Both the position numbers and the translations under genes were made by a program. The notes below the pieces were generated by a model. It was not told the origin of the DNA. It saw only the letters and a program-made list of their open reading frames with translations, and made no database searches. From a bacterium (GTDB taxonomy: Bacteria > Patescibacteriota > Minisyncoccia > Minisyncoccales > RBG-13-42-11): a stretch of 51,468 nucleotides of DNA. Positions within the stretch are counted from its first letter, which is position 1, and each line of letters opens with the position of its first letter. Of this stretch, positions 1 through 9,419 are shown one piece after another. The stretch spans positions 1 to 51,468 of the forward strand of contig JAUSLA010000015.1 of the NCBI GenBank assembly GCA_030646565.1, given 5' to 3'.

Positions 1-382
1 ATATTAAACATAAGGGGAAAATGCAATAGCCGTGAATTGTCCTGAAAAATAGCACTTTTTCACGATTATTCGAGTCAAACCTTGATTTTGTCCAGTTTTG
101 TCGCTGTAGTAGACAAAATCGGGACTTTTTGATTAGTTCAGATTTTATGAATATGACACTTTTGTACCAATCGCGAAATGTGACAAAAATCTCCCCAGTT
201 CTCAAATTTCGTCTTACGGCTTGGACCGGGTGCAGAAGGTGGCAAAGTTTGACCCTACCTTATAAATTAGCTATAAAAAGAAGTAGAGCAAAATTATTTA
301 ACTATTAAGATTGAATGCATTGACCGGACGTAGTCAATATAGAGCGTCTGCTTCGGGGAAGAAAAATAAAAAATCATATAAA

Positions 383-1054
383 ATGGAAAAAAAAGAACAA
401 ACAAAAAAAGGCGAAATCGTGATATATGAAGCGTCTAAAGGCGAGGCGCGGGTTGAAGTACACTTGGAAAAAGAAACGGTCTGGCTGGATGCACATCAAA
501 TAGCACTTGTTTTCGGCGTGAATCGGCCGGCTATCGTTAAACATATCAATAATATTTATAGAACCGGAGAGCTGAATAAAAGTTCTACCTGTTCCATTTT
601 GGAACAGGTTGCCGCCGATGGAAAAGTGCGACAGATGAATATTTATAATTTAGATATGATTATATCTGTTGGATACAGGATTAATTCCGGACGCGCCACC
701 CAATTCGCGAGCTTTCTTGAAAATTGTGAGGATATAATTTCTTACGCTAAAAACTATTTTGCGGTGCATTTCAAGATTGATTATAAAAATGCGAGCGGAA
801 GCATTTCAGATTACTACCCGGATTATATTGTGAAAGTATCGCCACAAGAATACTATGTCGTTGAAATCAAAGGGCGTGAGGATATTAACGATGTTGAGAA
901 AATTAAACGGCTTGCTCAATGGTGCGTGGACGTAAACGCGAACCAAAAGAACGTCGTTTACAAAATGCTTTACATTAGACAGGAAGAATGGGAAGCCCAA
1001 CAACAGAAACCTCGCAATTTTCAAGAAGTTGTTCGGAATTGGATTAAAAAATAA
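383..1054 (+). pseudogene. Chimeric ORF: RhuM-family N-terminal domain fused to a type III restriction Res-like C-terminal nuclease fragment (probable gene remnant)
   Basis: The N-terminal ~100 aa (IVIYEASKGEARVEV...WLDAHQIALVFGV...ISVGYRINSGRATQF) matches the RhuM-family pattern and stops abruptly after ATQF, near nt 706. The C-terminal part (DYYPDYIVKV...YYVVEIKGRED) looks like the PD-(D/E)xK tail of type III Res subunits. I placed the start at ATG 383; the track ORF begins at TTG 311. Confidence 0.5.
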
Positions 1055-1196
1055 ATAAAACGGCGCGCCAGTACGAAAAAATGGGGTCAGGTTTATTTTT
1101 TACCCTGCGCCAGAATCGCTTTCGGCGACACGGTACAGGGGGCCAAAAGTTCTATCACTGGGGAAATGTTGGAATGATTTATGTTAAAATGAAAGT

Positions 1197-1727
1197 ATGA
1201 TTCCGAAAAAAAACAATTTTGCATATATTGACGCCGCCAACCTCCACAAAGGTGTTGCAAGCTTGGGCTGGGTGCTTGACTATAAAAGATTCAGGGTGTG
1301 GCTGTTAGAAAAGTATGAAGTTCGCACTGCTTACTTGTTTATTGGACTCATACCAAAATACAAAGAGCTTTATAAACGCCTGCAAGAATGGGGTTTCACG
1401 CTTGTGTTTAAAGAAGTGGTCTATGATGACGATGGGAAACCAAAGGGAAACTGTGATGCTGATTTGGTGTTGCAGGCAACGCGCGACACTTATGAAAATA
1501 GGTTTGATAACGCAATTATTATTACCAGCGATGGGGATTATTCTGGATTGGTTAAATTTCTTCAGGAACGACATAAATTACTCGGTATATTGTCTCCAAG
1601 GAACAAAGAAAAATGTTCCATTCTTCTTAAGCGAACAGGAGCTAGAATCGCTTATATAAACGATCAACGCTCCCATTTAGAACCCACCCAAAAAGAAAAA
1701 GCCCCCGATGGGGACGGAACCCTATAA
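1197..1727 (+). CDS. NYN domain (LabA/DUF88-like, PIN-fold) protein
   Basis: The protein has AYIDAANLHKG, KGNCDADLVLQA and IIITSDGDYSGLVKFL, which is the typical NYN acidic-residue layout. Confidence 0.7.
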   Translation: MIPKKNNFAYIDAANLHKGVASLGWVLDYKRFRVWLLEKYEVRTAYLFIGLIPKYKELYKRLQEWGFTLVFKEVVYDDDGKPKGNCDADLVLQATRDTYENRFDNAIIITSDGDYSGLVKFLQERHKLLGILSPRNKEKCSILLKRTGARIAYINDQRSHLEPTQKEKAPDGDGTL

Positions 1728-1876
1728 GGGTCTTTTTCGTGGTTATGATTATAATATAGCAAACCATATAAACAAGTCAATAGTTTATCCACATCCCCCA
1801 AATAAAAAATGAAAATGGTGAAAGTGGTGGTGTCGGGTCTATTTTTAATCCTTCGATAAACTCGGGGCAGGAAAAA

Positions 1877-1936
1877 GTCGAAGAGATAAATCTCTTCTCC
1901 ACCTTCAATTATCTGCGTTCCGTAAAACGGGACTTG
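1877..1936 (-). repeat. Family A two-hairpin palindromic element (reverse orientation)
   Basis: The sequence is GTCGAAGAGATAAATCTCTTCTCCACCTTC...GCGTTCCGTAAAACGGGACTTG. It carries hairpin 2 (GAAGAGAT/ATCTCTTC) and hairpin 1 (GTTCCGT/ACGGGAC). Confidence 0.7.
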
Positions 1937-1938
1937 TC

Positions 1939-2004
1939 GGGCGATGAAGTTTCCCCCTTCGGGGTTTCCCTTCATCTTCGTTTTCGTCCCGCTTTGCGGG
2001 ACTC
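1939..2004 (-). repeat. Family A element (reverse orientation), tandem to the previous copy
   Basis: The sequence is GGCGATGAAGTTTCCCCCTTCGGGGTTTCCCTTCATCTTCGTTTTCGTCCCGCTTTGCGGGACTC. It accounts for the spurious N-terminal 22 aa of track ORF 1944..3389. Confidence 0.75.
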
Positions 2005-2009
2005 AACAA

Positions 2010-3389
2010 ATGACTCAATCTCAAGCGCTTTCAATACTTAAAACCGGCGCCAGTGTTTTTTTGACCGGCGAACCCGGGTCCGGCAAGACGCATACGGTAA
2101 ATCGCCTTGCGGCATACTTGCGCGAGCAAGGCATTGAGCCGGCGATTACGGCCTCAACTGGCATTGCCGCGACACACATAGGCGGGGTGACAATTCATTC
2201 TTGGGGCGGCATAGGAATTAAAACGAAGTTGGACAAATACTCTCTTAATAAAATTGCGTCAAGTAAACACATCGCAAGTCGCATCAGACGCGCCAAAATC
2301 CTTGTCATAGATGAAGTATCAATGCTTTCTGCCGAAACGCTATCTATGATTGACGCAGTTTGTCGCGAAATCAAGCAGTGTCCGGAGCCGTTCGGCGGAA
2401 TGCAGATAGTCCTTGTCGGCGATTTTTTTCAACTTCCACCGATTATAAGGACGAACGCTGAACACAGCGCGCAAGCTACATTCATTGAAGAATCATCTGC
2501 TCGTTTCGCTTACGATTCACCTGCTTGGGCACGAGCGAAGCCGGTCGTTTGCTACCTTACCGAGCAGTACCGGCAGGACGATTATAATTTTCTTTCCATA
2601 CTCTCGTCAATACGGCGCAACTCTTTTAGCGATAATCAATTACGCTATATTGAAACGCGGAAAATTGAACGCCACTCGGCGCCGGATGGCGCGCCGAAAC
2701 TTTTTTCGCATAATGTTGACGTGGATCGCGTCAACGATGAAATGCTTGCTAAGCTTCCGGGCGAGCCGCAAACCTTTGATATGTTTTCGCGAGGTCCGGA
2801 GGCGCTTATTACCGCGCTTAAAAAGGGTTGCCTTTCGCCAGAGACACTTGAACTTAAAATCGGCGCGGCGGTGATGTTTACAAAAAATAATCCAAAGAAA
2901 GGATTCGCGAACGGCACGCTCGGTAAAATTGATGGATTTGATAAAGAAAGCTGCTATCCAATGGTAAAAATGCGAAGCGGGAGAAGAATTGAAGTTGAGC
3001 CGATGGATTGGACGGTGGAAGAGAACGGCAAGATACGCGGTAAAATTACACAACTGCCGCTCCGTCTTGCTTGGGCGATTACGATACATAAAAGCCAGGG
3101 AATGAGCCTGGACGAGGCGGTAATGGATCTCTCGCAAGTCTTTGAATTCGGGCAGGGCTATGTCGCTCTCTCGCGCGTCAGGCGGCTTTCGGGCCTGCAT
3201 CTTCTTGGCTGGAACGAGCGCGCGTTTCAGGTGCATCCGGAAGTATCGGCAAAAGATGAATCATTCCTTGCGGCATCAAAAAAAGTTGAAATAGAATTTG
3301 CCAAAATCCCGTCCGCTGAACTTATAAAAATGCACAGAAATTTCATCACTGCCTGCCAAAGACTTGGCAACGGAGGGGGGCGTCGCTAA
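2010..3389 (+). CDS. PIF1/RecD-like superfamily 1 DNA helicase
   Basis: Helicase motifs are present: Walker A GEPGSGKT, TASTGIAA, LVIDEVSM, VLVGDFFQLPP, ITIHKSQGMSLD and YVALSRVR. I placed the start at ATG 2010 (MTQSQAL), immediately after the repeat. Confidence 0.8.
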   Translation: MTQSQALSILKTGASVFLTGEPGSGKTHTVNRLAAYLREQGIEPAITASTGIAATHIGGVTIHSWGGIGIKTKLDKYSLNKIASSKHIASRIRRAKILVIDEVSMLSAETLSMIDAVCREIKQCPEPFGGMQIVLVGDFFQLPPIIRTNAEHSAQATFIEESSARFAYDSPAWARAKPVVCYLTEQYRQDDYNFLSILSSIRRNSFSDNQLRYIETRKIERHSAPDGAPKLFSHNVDVDRVNDEMLAKLPGEPQTFDMFSRGPEALITALKKGCLSPETLELKIGAAVMFTKNNPKKGFANGTLGKIDGFDKESCYPMVKMRSGRRIEVEPMDWTVEENGKIRGKITQLPLRLAWAITIHKSQGMSLDEAVMDLSQVFEFGQGYVALSRVRRLSGLHLLGWNERAFQVHPEVSAKDESFLAASKKVEIEFAKIPSAELIKMHRNFITACQRLGNGGGRR

Positions 3390-3390
3390 T

Positions 3391-4095
3391 TTAAGACCCG
3401 TTCTTAAATTTTAGCATTCTGAAAAATTCGGCATATCTATATCCCTTCTTTTTTCCTGCAATTTTAGACCATGCCCTTACTTTATTTTCAATTGCTTTTA
3501 AATCAGCTATCTGGCTTGAATGTTGAGATAAGGCCTCTATTTTCTTATCAATAGTTTGAGTAATATCAATAAATTTATTCGGTTTTTCGGTGGCGAAAAA
3601 CCAAATTTCTTTTATTTGGTGCGGCTGATATCCTTGTTTTAAAAGTTCGGGAAAAAAAGAGGCGGAGCCGGCGGCTGGATATATTGAATCAAAAACCGCT
3701 TCCGCTGTTTGGCGATGATCCCGATGAAAACGATGAGGATTATCAAAGCTATGGTTAGCGGGATCAAAACTCAAAATTATCTCCGGTTTTACTTTTCTGA
3801 TTATCTGAACTATTTTTTTTCTCAGAAATTGAGTGTTTTCAATTTCTCCGTCTTTCAATCCCAAAAAGAAGACATTATTTACCCCCAAGACATTGGCCGC
3901 TCTTTTTTGTTCTGTTTGCCTAATTTTTGCTAATTTTTTTGAAGAAAATTTAACTTTATGGCTGCCCTTTGACCCATCACTAATAATCAAATAAAATACC
4001 TCGTTATTTTCTTGAGCCATCTTTGAAATTGTGCCGGCGCAGGTGAAATCTAAATCATCGGGATGGGCTGAAATTGCTAAAAATTTATTTTTCAT
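3391..4095 (-). CDS. PIG-L/LmbE family deacetylase
   Basis: The protein has FLAISAHPDDLDF and a HRDH motif. I chose ATG 4095 (MKNKFLAIS); the track start at 4119 would overlap iscU by 35 nt. Confidence 0.7.
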   Translation of the reverse strand: MKNKFLAISAHPDDLDFTCAGTISKMAQENNEVFYLIISDGSKGSHKVKFSSKKLAKIRQTEQKRAANVLGVNNVFFLGLKDGEIENTQFLRKKIVQIIRKVKPEIILSFDPANHSFDNPHRFHRDHRQTAEAVFDSIYPAAGSASFFPELLKQGYQPHQIKEIWFFATEKPNKFIDITQTIDKKIEALSQHSSQIADLKAIENKVRAWSKIAGKKKGYRYAEFFRMLKFKNGS

Positions 4096-4597
4096 ATTCT
4101 TTGTGCAGCTCTTCTTCAACTTTAAAGAGGCCTCCGTGGTGCTTTTTAAGCTCCTCTCCTATCTTTTCTGCAGCTTCATGCCTCTCTTCCAATTCTTTTG
4201 AAATAGGTCTGCCTATTTTTTTGAAATAATCATATATTGCTTCAGCCAAAGCATCCACGGCCAAAAGCGAGCAGTGAATTTTTATAAATGGCACTCCGCC
4301 AAATTTTTTAACCAAGTCGTCTTTTTTAATTTTCATTGCTTCTTCTATGGTTTTTCCCTTAACCATAGTAGTCAACAAGCTCGTATTGGCAATCGCAACA
4401 GTACAGCCATACGTCTCAAATTTAATATCATTGATTATCTCCTTTCCCTTTTTATCTTTTGCAACTTTGATATAAAGATACATAATATCTCCGCACCTCA
4501 AATTGCCGACTTTTCCTATTCCATCGGCATTTTTAATCTTTCCGACATTCTGGGGCTTCCTAAAATGTTTCATTACTTCTTTTGAATATAAGTCCAT
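4085..4597 (-). CDS. iscU: Fe-S cluster scaffold protein IscU/NifU-like
   Basis: The protein has the scaffold motifs GNLRCGDIM, FETYGCTVAIA and HCSLLA, and the gene lies directly downstream of iscS. Confidence 0.85.
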   Translation of the reverse strand: MDLYSKEVMKHFRKPQNVGKIKNADGIGKVGNLRCGDIMYLYIKVAKDKKGKEIINDIKFETYGCTVAIANTSLLTTMVKGKTIEEAMKIKKDDLVKKFGGVPFIKIHCSLLAVDALAEAIYDYFKKIGRPISKELEERHEAAEKIGEELKKHHGGLFKVEEELHKEYEK

Positions 4598-4632
4598 AAC
4601 TAAGCTTCCGCAAGAAGCGAATATGTTGATTA

Positions 4633-5880
4633 TTAAGCTTTAAACGGTGAAATTTTTCTTAAATTTTTAATTATTCCCGGTAAAACCTTAAGAACGTAGT
4701 TTATTTCCTTTTCGGTCGTCCATTTACCCAAACTTAGCCGTAAAGAACCGTGAGCTTGCTCGTGCTTTAAACCAATCGCCAATAAAACATGGCTTGGCTC
4801 CAATTTAATGGAAGAACAGGCGGAACCCGTTGAGCCAGCCACGCCCAATAAATCCAGCTGAATTATTATCGATTCTCCCTCAATAAATTCAAACCAGAAA
4901 TTCGCATTGTTTGGCAGCCGCATTTTAGGATGGCCATTAAGATGAGAATTCGGCACTCGTGTCAAAATTCCCCTAATTAACTTATCTCTTAATTTTTGCA
5001 ATCTTTCTGCTTCCTTTTTTATTTCTTTTTTGGAAATTCTGCAGGCCTCGGCAAAACCTAAAATCGCAGCCACATTTACAGTAGAAGACCTTAAGCCAGA
5101 TTCCTGGCCGCCACCATGCAAAATAGGCTCAATTTTTGTTCCTTTTCTGATATACAGCAATCCTGCTCCTTTGGGACCATACATTTTATGGGAACTGGCT
5201 GTCAGTAAATCAATATTCATTAAATTTACATCAATGGGAATTTTCCCTAAGCTTTGAGAGCTGTCGGTATGAAAATACACTCCTTTTTCTTTGCAGATTT
5301 TCCCAATTTCTACAATCGGTTGAATTGTTCCAATTTCATTTGAGGCATGAATTATAGATACCAAAATCGTTTCTTTTTTAATTGCTTTATTAATATCTTC
5401 GGGGTTAATCCTGCCAAACTTATCCACCGCCATTCTGGTTATTTCAAACCCCTGCGATTCCAGCCATTTAGCTGACTCCATAATGCAAGGATGCTCAATT
5501 TGAGATATGACAATGTGGCGGCCGCCTCCGCTACTGCTTCGGCGAGCCAATGCAATGCCCTTCAATGCTAAATTATTGCTTTCTGTGGCCGAGCCGGTAA
5601 AAATTATTTCTTCGAGTTTTGCCCCTATGAAATTGGCAACCTCTTCCCTGCTCTCTTCTAAGTCCGCCTTAGCTTCTTGGCCAAAGCTATGAAGGGACAT
5701 TGTGTTGCCGAATTTTTTGGAAAAATAAGGCATCATTCTTTTAAGAACGCGCGGATCAACCGGAGTTGTGGCCGCGTAATCTAAATATACCCCCACACCA
5801 AACAAAAACCGCCTTTCTCGATTAAAATACCTTTGGTTTTCTGTCCTTGTTGTGGTGTGGGGGTATATTCTTTTTTGCAT
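4633..5880 (-). CDS. iscS: Cysteine desulfurase IscS/NifS
   Basis: The protein has YLDYAATTP, SSHKMYGPKG (the PLP lysine) and GSACSS (the catalytic Cys loop). ATG 5880 has a GGAAAG ribosome-binding site. An alternative GTG at 5796 would give the canonical short N-terminus. Confidence 0.85.
   Translation of the reverse strand: MQKRIYPHTTTRTENQRYFNRERRFLFGVGVYLDYAATTPVDPRVLKRMMPYFSKKFGNTMSLHSFGQEAKADLEESREEVANFIGAKLEEIIFTGSATESNNLALKGIALARRSSSGGGRHIVISQIEHPCIMESAKWLESQGFEITRMAVDKFGRINPEDINKAIKKETILVSIIHASNEIGTIQPIVEIGKICKEKGVYFHTDSSQSLGKIPIDVNLMNIDLLTASSHKMYGPKGAGLLYIRKGTKIEPILHGGGQESGLRSSTVNVAAILGFAEACRISKKEIKKEAERLQKLRDKLIRGILTRVPNSHLNGHPKMRLPNNANFWFEFIEGESIIIQLDLLGVAGSTGSACSSIKLEPSHVLLAIGLKHEQAHGSLRLSLGKWTTEKEINYVLKVLPGIIKNLRKISPFKA
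5785..5868. repeat. 84-nt palindrome in frame in the iscS 5' coding region
   Basis: The arms are ATATACCCCCACACCAAACAA (5785-5805) and TTGTTGTGGTGTGGGGGTATAT (5847-5868). The total length is 28 codons. Confidence 0.7.
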
Positions 5881-5895
5881 AATTTCTTTCCATTT

Positions 5896-5920
5896 CTGCT
5901 CGGGATAACTTCCCGAGCAG
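5896..5920 (-). other. Intercistronic hairpin between iscR and iscS
   Basis: A perfect 10-bp stem, CTGCTCGGGA-TAACT-TCCCGAGCAG, lies in the 43-nt spacer between the two genes. Confidence 0.5.
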
Positions 5921-5923
5921 ATT

Positions 5924-6328
5924 TTATTTGATAAGGTCGGCTAAAGTAATTGAGTTTAAGGTTGAATTAATGGAATCCTGGATTTTTCTCCAAAGATTTT
6001 TAGCCAAACATTTTCTTGCCCTTATACAATGGAATTTTTTATCAGCTCCAATACATTTCACTAAAAAAGTGTCTCCCTCCAATACCTTAAGAATTTCGGA
6101 GATTTTAATTTTTTTTGGATGTTTTGCCAGAAAATATCCGCCAAGAACGCCTTTTCTGGCTTTAACCAAACCTGTTTTTTCCAGCCTTGAAAGAATCTTT
6201 TCCAGATAATCAAAAGATATTCCTTCTTTTTTTGATATCGTTCTTAAGGAATTTATTTTTTCTTTGGATATAGCCAGATAAACTAATGCCCGTAATCCAT
6301 ATTGAGATTTCGTGGAAATTTTTAGCAT
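5924..6328 (-). CDS. iscR: Rrf2 family transcriptional regulator (IscR-like)
   Basis: The N-terminus MLKISTKSQYGLRALVYLA is a typical Rrf2 helix-turn-helix. It is the first gene of the isc cluster. Confidence 0.75.
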   Translation of the reverse strand: MLKISTKSQYGLRALVYLAISKEKINSLRTISKKEGISFDYLEKILSRLEKTGLVKARKGVLGGYFLAKHPKKIKISEILKVLEGDTFLVKCIGADKKFHCIRARKCLAKNLWRKIQDSINSTLNSITLADLIK

Positions 6329-6329
6329 A

Positions 6330-6356
6330 AAAGCCGACGATATTTGTCGGCTTTAG
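6330..6356 (-). terminator. Candidate terminator hairpin after the gpmA transcription unit
   Basis: The minus strand reads AAGCCGAC-AAATAT-CGTCGGCTT followed by TTAT. The T-run is short. Confidence 0.35.
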
Positions 6357-6386
6357 TTTATCAATAACAAGATCGGCTGTCAAGTA

Positions 6387-6491
6387 ATGAGTCCCGCAAA
6401 GTCGAAGAACTCTCGTTCTTCTCCACTCTTCGCTATGCTCGAGTGCGGAACGAAAATGAAGATGGGTCCCGCTCTGCTGGACTCATCGCTC
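6387..6491. repeat. Composite family A tract
   Basis: The tract reads ATGAGTCCCGCAAAGTCGAAGAACTCTCGTTCTTCTCCACTCTTCGCTATGCTCGAGTGCGGAACGAAAATGAAGATGGGTCCCGCTCTGCTGGACTCATCGCT. Track ORF 6387..6659 is repeat-derived. Confidence 0.7.
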
Positions 6492-6495
6492 CCAT

Positions 6496-7065
6496 CTAAA
6501 TTTCGTACTCTTTTATTCCCCCGGGAGGTATTTCAAAATTCACAATGTCCTCGTCTGATATTTTTTCAATATATTTTGCCAACGCCCTTAAGCTGTTGTG
6601 ACTGGCGACAACTAAAATATTCTTTCCCTGTTTCAAATCTTTTTCTATGTATTCTCTGAAAAACGGCACCACCCTGTTATAAACATCTTCCAAGCTTTCT
6701 CCCTTTGGGGGAGCTATATCCCAGCTTCTCCGCCATAGCCTTACTTGTTCCTCTCCGTATTTTTCTTTCATCTCGTCTTTATTAAGACCCTGTAATTCCC
6801 CATAATTTCTCTCATCTAAAGCCTTATTAATAATGATCGGCAGATCTTTTTTATTAAGATTTTCTAAAATTAAGCGAACTGTTTCTTTATTTCTGATTAA
6901 GGGCGAAGTATAAACTTTATCAATTTCAAAACCAGCCAGTTTTCCGGCAACTTCTTTTGCGCTTTCAATCCCCTCTTTACTCAAGGGAACATCAGTCCAG
7001 CCGGTGAATCGATTCTCTTTATTCCACTGCGACTCAAGATGCCTTAATAAAATTAATCTCGCCAT
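6496..7065 (-). CDS. gpmA: Phosphoglycerate mutase, 2,3-BPG-dependent type (short form)
   Basis: The protein starts LILLRHLESQWNKENRFTGWTDVPLS, and the gene is adjacent to eno. Confidence 0.75.
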   Translation of the reverse strand: MARLILLRHLESQWNKENRFTGWTDVPLSKEGIESAKEVAGKLAGFEIDKVYTSPLIRNKETVRLILENLNKKDLPIIINKALDERNYGELQGLNKDEMKEKYGEEQVRLWRRSWDIAPPKGESLEDVYNRVVPFFREYIEKDLKQGKNILVVASHNSLRALAKYIEKISDEDIVNFEIPPGGIKEYEI

Positions 7066-7069
7066 AAAA

Positions 7070-8350
7070 TTATTTTCCTAAGCTATCGACTAACTCTTTT
7101 TCTATTGCCAATAAGCGATTATATTTTGCCATTCTTTCTTTTTGAGTGGGAGCTCCAGCCTTAATAAAATTAGATCCAATACCAACCGCAAAGTCAGCGA
7201 TAAAATCGTCTTTTGTCTCGCCAGATCTATGTGAAACAATAATCTTCCAGCCGTATAATTTGGCTAATTTTGCGGCTGCGATCGCTTCCGAAATAGTTCC
7301 AATCTGATTTGGCTTTATAATTAACGCGTTGCAAATTTTTCTTTGATGAGCAAATTTTATTCTTTCCGGGTTCGTCACCGTTAAGTCATCGCCAACAACT
7401 AATATTTTTAATTTTAGATTTTTAACTTTAGACCTTAAAAACTTCCACCCTTTTACATCCTCTTCGGCAAAAGGATCTTCTATGGCCGTTATCGGATACT
7501 GCTGAAAAATCTCCAGATAAAAACTGAGGAGATCTTTCGAATTCAGAATACTCCCATCAAAATGATATTTTCCCTTTTTAAAAAAGGAATTAGCGGCCGC
7601 ATCAATGATAATTTCCGCCTTGCCCAAAAAACCCACTTTTTCGATCGCTTCCTTTGCTAAACTCAGCGCTTCTTTTGCATTTTTGACGGGAGGAATAAAA
7701 GCGCCTTCCATCCCCTGCTTGCTTCCCAATTGCCCGTATCTTTTTTTTAAAATTTTTCCCAGAGCAGAAAAAACTTTTTTTTCACGGTCAAAGCTTTCTC
7801 TAAAAGATTTTGTCTTGCAAGCAACCATTATCTCTTGGAGAGATAATTTCCCCTTGCCGTGCAACCCGCCTTCCAAAAGCAGAATGCAAGGCCTTGGTAG
7901 GGCTGGTTTTATGCCGGCAATTTTTGAAATCCATTTCCATAGGGGGAATTTTTTAGCTTTGGCTCCGGCTCTGGCAGTCGCTATTGATACTCCTAAAACA
8001 GCGTTTGCCCCCAAGCGGGATTTATTTTTCGTGCCGTCTAACTGAATCAAAGCTTCGTCAACCCTTTTTTGGTCTGATAAGTCTTCCTGTTTCAAAGACG
8101 GCGCGATAATTTTCTCTATATTTTCAATTACTTTTTTAACTCCCCTGCCGTCTTCATCTCTCAATTCTACCGCTTCATATTTTCCCGTAGAAACGCCCGA
8201 AGGCACCGATGCCAAAAATTTTCCAAAATCCGTTTCTAATTCCACCTCCACCGTCGGCATTCCTTTTGAGTCTAAAATTTCCCTGCCTCGTAGTAGAGAA
8301 ATTTTACTGCGGGGCCTGGCTGAAATTTTTTTTATTTTTAAATTATCCAT
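7070..8350 (-). CDS. eno: Enolase
   Basis: The protein has REILDSKGMPTVEVE, SVPSGVSTGKYEA and SHRSGETKDDFIADFAVG. Confidence 0.9.
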   Translation of the reverse strand: MDNLKIKKISARPRSKISLLRGREILDSKGMPTVEVELETDFGKFLASVPSGVSTGKYEAVELRDEDGRGVKKVIENIEKIIAPSLKQEDLSDQKRVDEALIQLDGTKNKSRLGANAVLGVSIATARAGAKAKKFPLWKWISKIAGIKPALPRPCILLLEGGLHGKGKLSLQEIMVACKTKSFRESFDREKKVFSALGKILKKRYGQLGSKQGMEGAFIPPVKNAKEALSLAKEAIEKVGFLGKAEIIIDAAANSFFKKGKYHFDGSILNSKDLLSFYLEIFQQYPITAIEDPFAEEDVKGWKFLRSKVKNLKLKILVVGDDLTVTNPERIKFAHQRKICNALIIKPNQIGTISEAIAAAKLAKLYGWKIIVSHRSGETKDDFIADFAVGIGSNFIKAGAPTQKERMAKYNRLLAIEKELVDSLGK

Positions 8351-9332
8351 TTAGCTTTTGAATGTAAGCGGCTGCGGAAATAGCGGCTTTGGCTCCCTCT
8401 CCTGCAGCGATAACTATCTGGTTATATAAGACATCGTCTACATCACCCGCGGCAAAAAGACCGGCGGTTTTAGTCATACAGGTTCTTGAGTCAACTACAA
8501 TTTCATCTCTCTTATTAAAATCAACCAGCCCTCTGACAAAAGAAGTGGCCGGCTGATAACCAATTTCAACAAAAACGCCTTCCACCGAAAGGTTGATTGT
8601 TTTTTTTGTTTTTCTTTCCTGATAACTTAACGATTCTACAAATTGATCGCCTTGAATTTTTTGCGCAGAAACATTAGTTATTGTTTCAACCTTGCCGCTT
8701 TTTTTAACTAATCCTTGATTTTCAGCGTCGGCTCCAACTTGCGGATTATATTCCAAAATATAAATTTTTTTGGCTATTTTACTTAGAAAAATGGCTGCTT
8801 CAAAACCGGCGTTTCCTCCGCCAACAATTGCCACTGTTTTGTCAAAAAACAAAGGGCCGTCGCATGTGACGCAATAACTCACTCCCTTTCCTAAAAATTC
8901 TTTTTCTCCGGGAACTTCCAAGCGCCTGGGATCAGCTCCCGAAGCAACAATGATTGCTTTTGACTGAAATCGCTGTTTGCTTTTGGTTAAAACCGAGAAA
9001 TTCCTCCCAATTTTTTTTATTTCTTTAGCCTCGTCTCTCTCAATTTCAATTTTCTGTTTTCTTAATTGTTTCTCGAATTTCTGGGTTAGTTCCATGCCGG
9101 ATACTTCTTCAAAACCGGGATAATTTTCAATAACCACTGCTTTTTCTGTTATGTACCCGCCAAAACTTTTAGTTATTAATAACGTATTCAGTCCTTGTCT
9201 TGCTGCGTAAATTCCAGCCGTAATTCCGGCCGGCCCTCCGCCAATAATTATTAAATCATAAACCGAGTCCCGCGAAGCGGGACGAAGGTGGAGAAGAGGA
9301 CGCAGTTCTCTTCGACTCGCTAAGTTACTCAT
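8343..9332 (-). CDS. trxB: Thioredoxin-disulfide reductase
   Basis: The protein has DLIIIGGGPAG, the redox-active CVTCDG, VGGGNAG and FAAGDV. The first ~21 aa are encoded by a family A element. Confidence 0.85.
   Translation of the reverse strand: MSNLASRRELRPLLHLRPASRDSVYDLIIIGGGPAGITAGIYAARQGLNTLLITKSFGGYITEKAVVIENYPGFEEVSGMELTQKFEKQLRKQKIEIERDEAKEIKKIGRNFSVLTKSKQRFQSKAIIVASGADPRRLEVPGEKEFLGKGVSYCVTCDGPLFFDKTVAIVGGGNAGFEAAIFLSKIAKKIYILEYNPQVGADAENQGLVKKSGKVETITNVSAQKIQGDQFVESLSYQERKTKKTINLSVEGVFVEIGYQPATSFVRGLVDFNKRDEIVVDSRTCMTKTAGLFAAGDVDDVLYNQIVIAAGEGAKAAISAAAYIQKLNG
9262..9321 (+). repeat. Family A element inside the trxB 5' coding region
   Basis: The sequence is ACCGAGTCCCGCGAAGCGGGACGAAGGTGGAGAAGAGGACGCAGTTCTCTTCGACTCGCT. 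Confidence 0.85.
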
Positions 9333-9419
9333 TAAATAATTTTCGCTAATTTTTATTCGTTAAACCAGTAAATATTGCTTCAAGATGTTAGAAATGTTTA
9401 ATGCCGGGTTTTAAAATAC

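Noticed and set aside
5507-5560. The GC-rich patch in iscS encoding RRSSSGGGRH could be a family A insertion.
   Set aside because: The segment aligns with the normal variable loop preceding the conserved H-I-(I/V) motif of cysteine desulfurases. It shows neither hairpin of the family.
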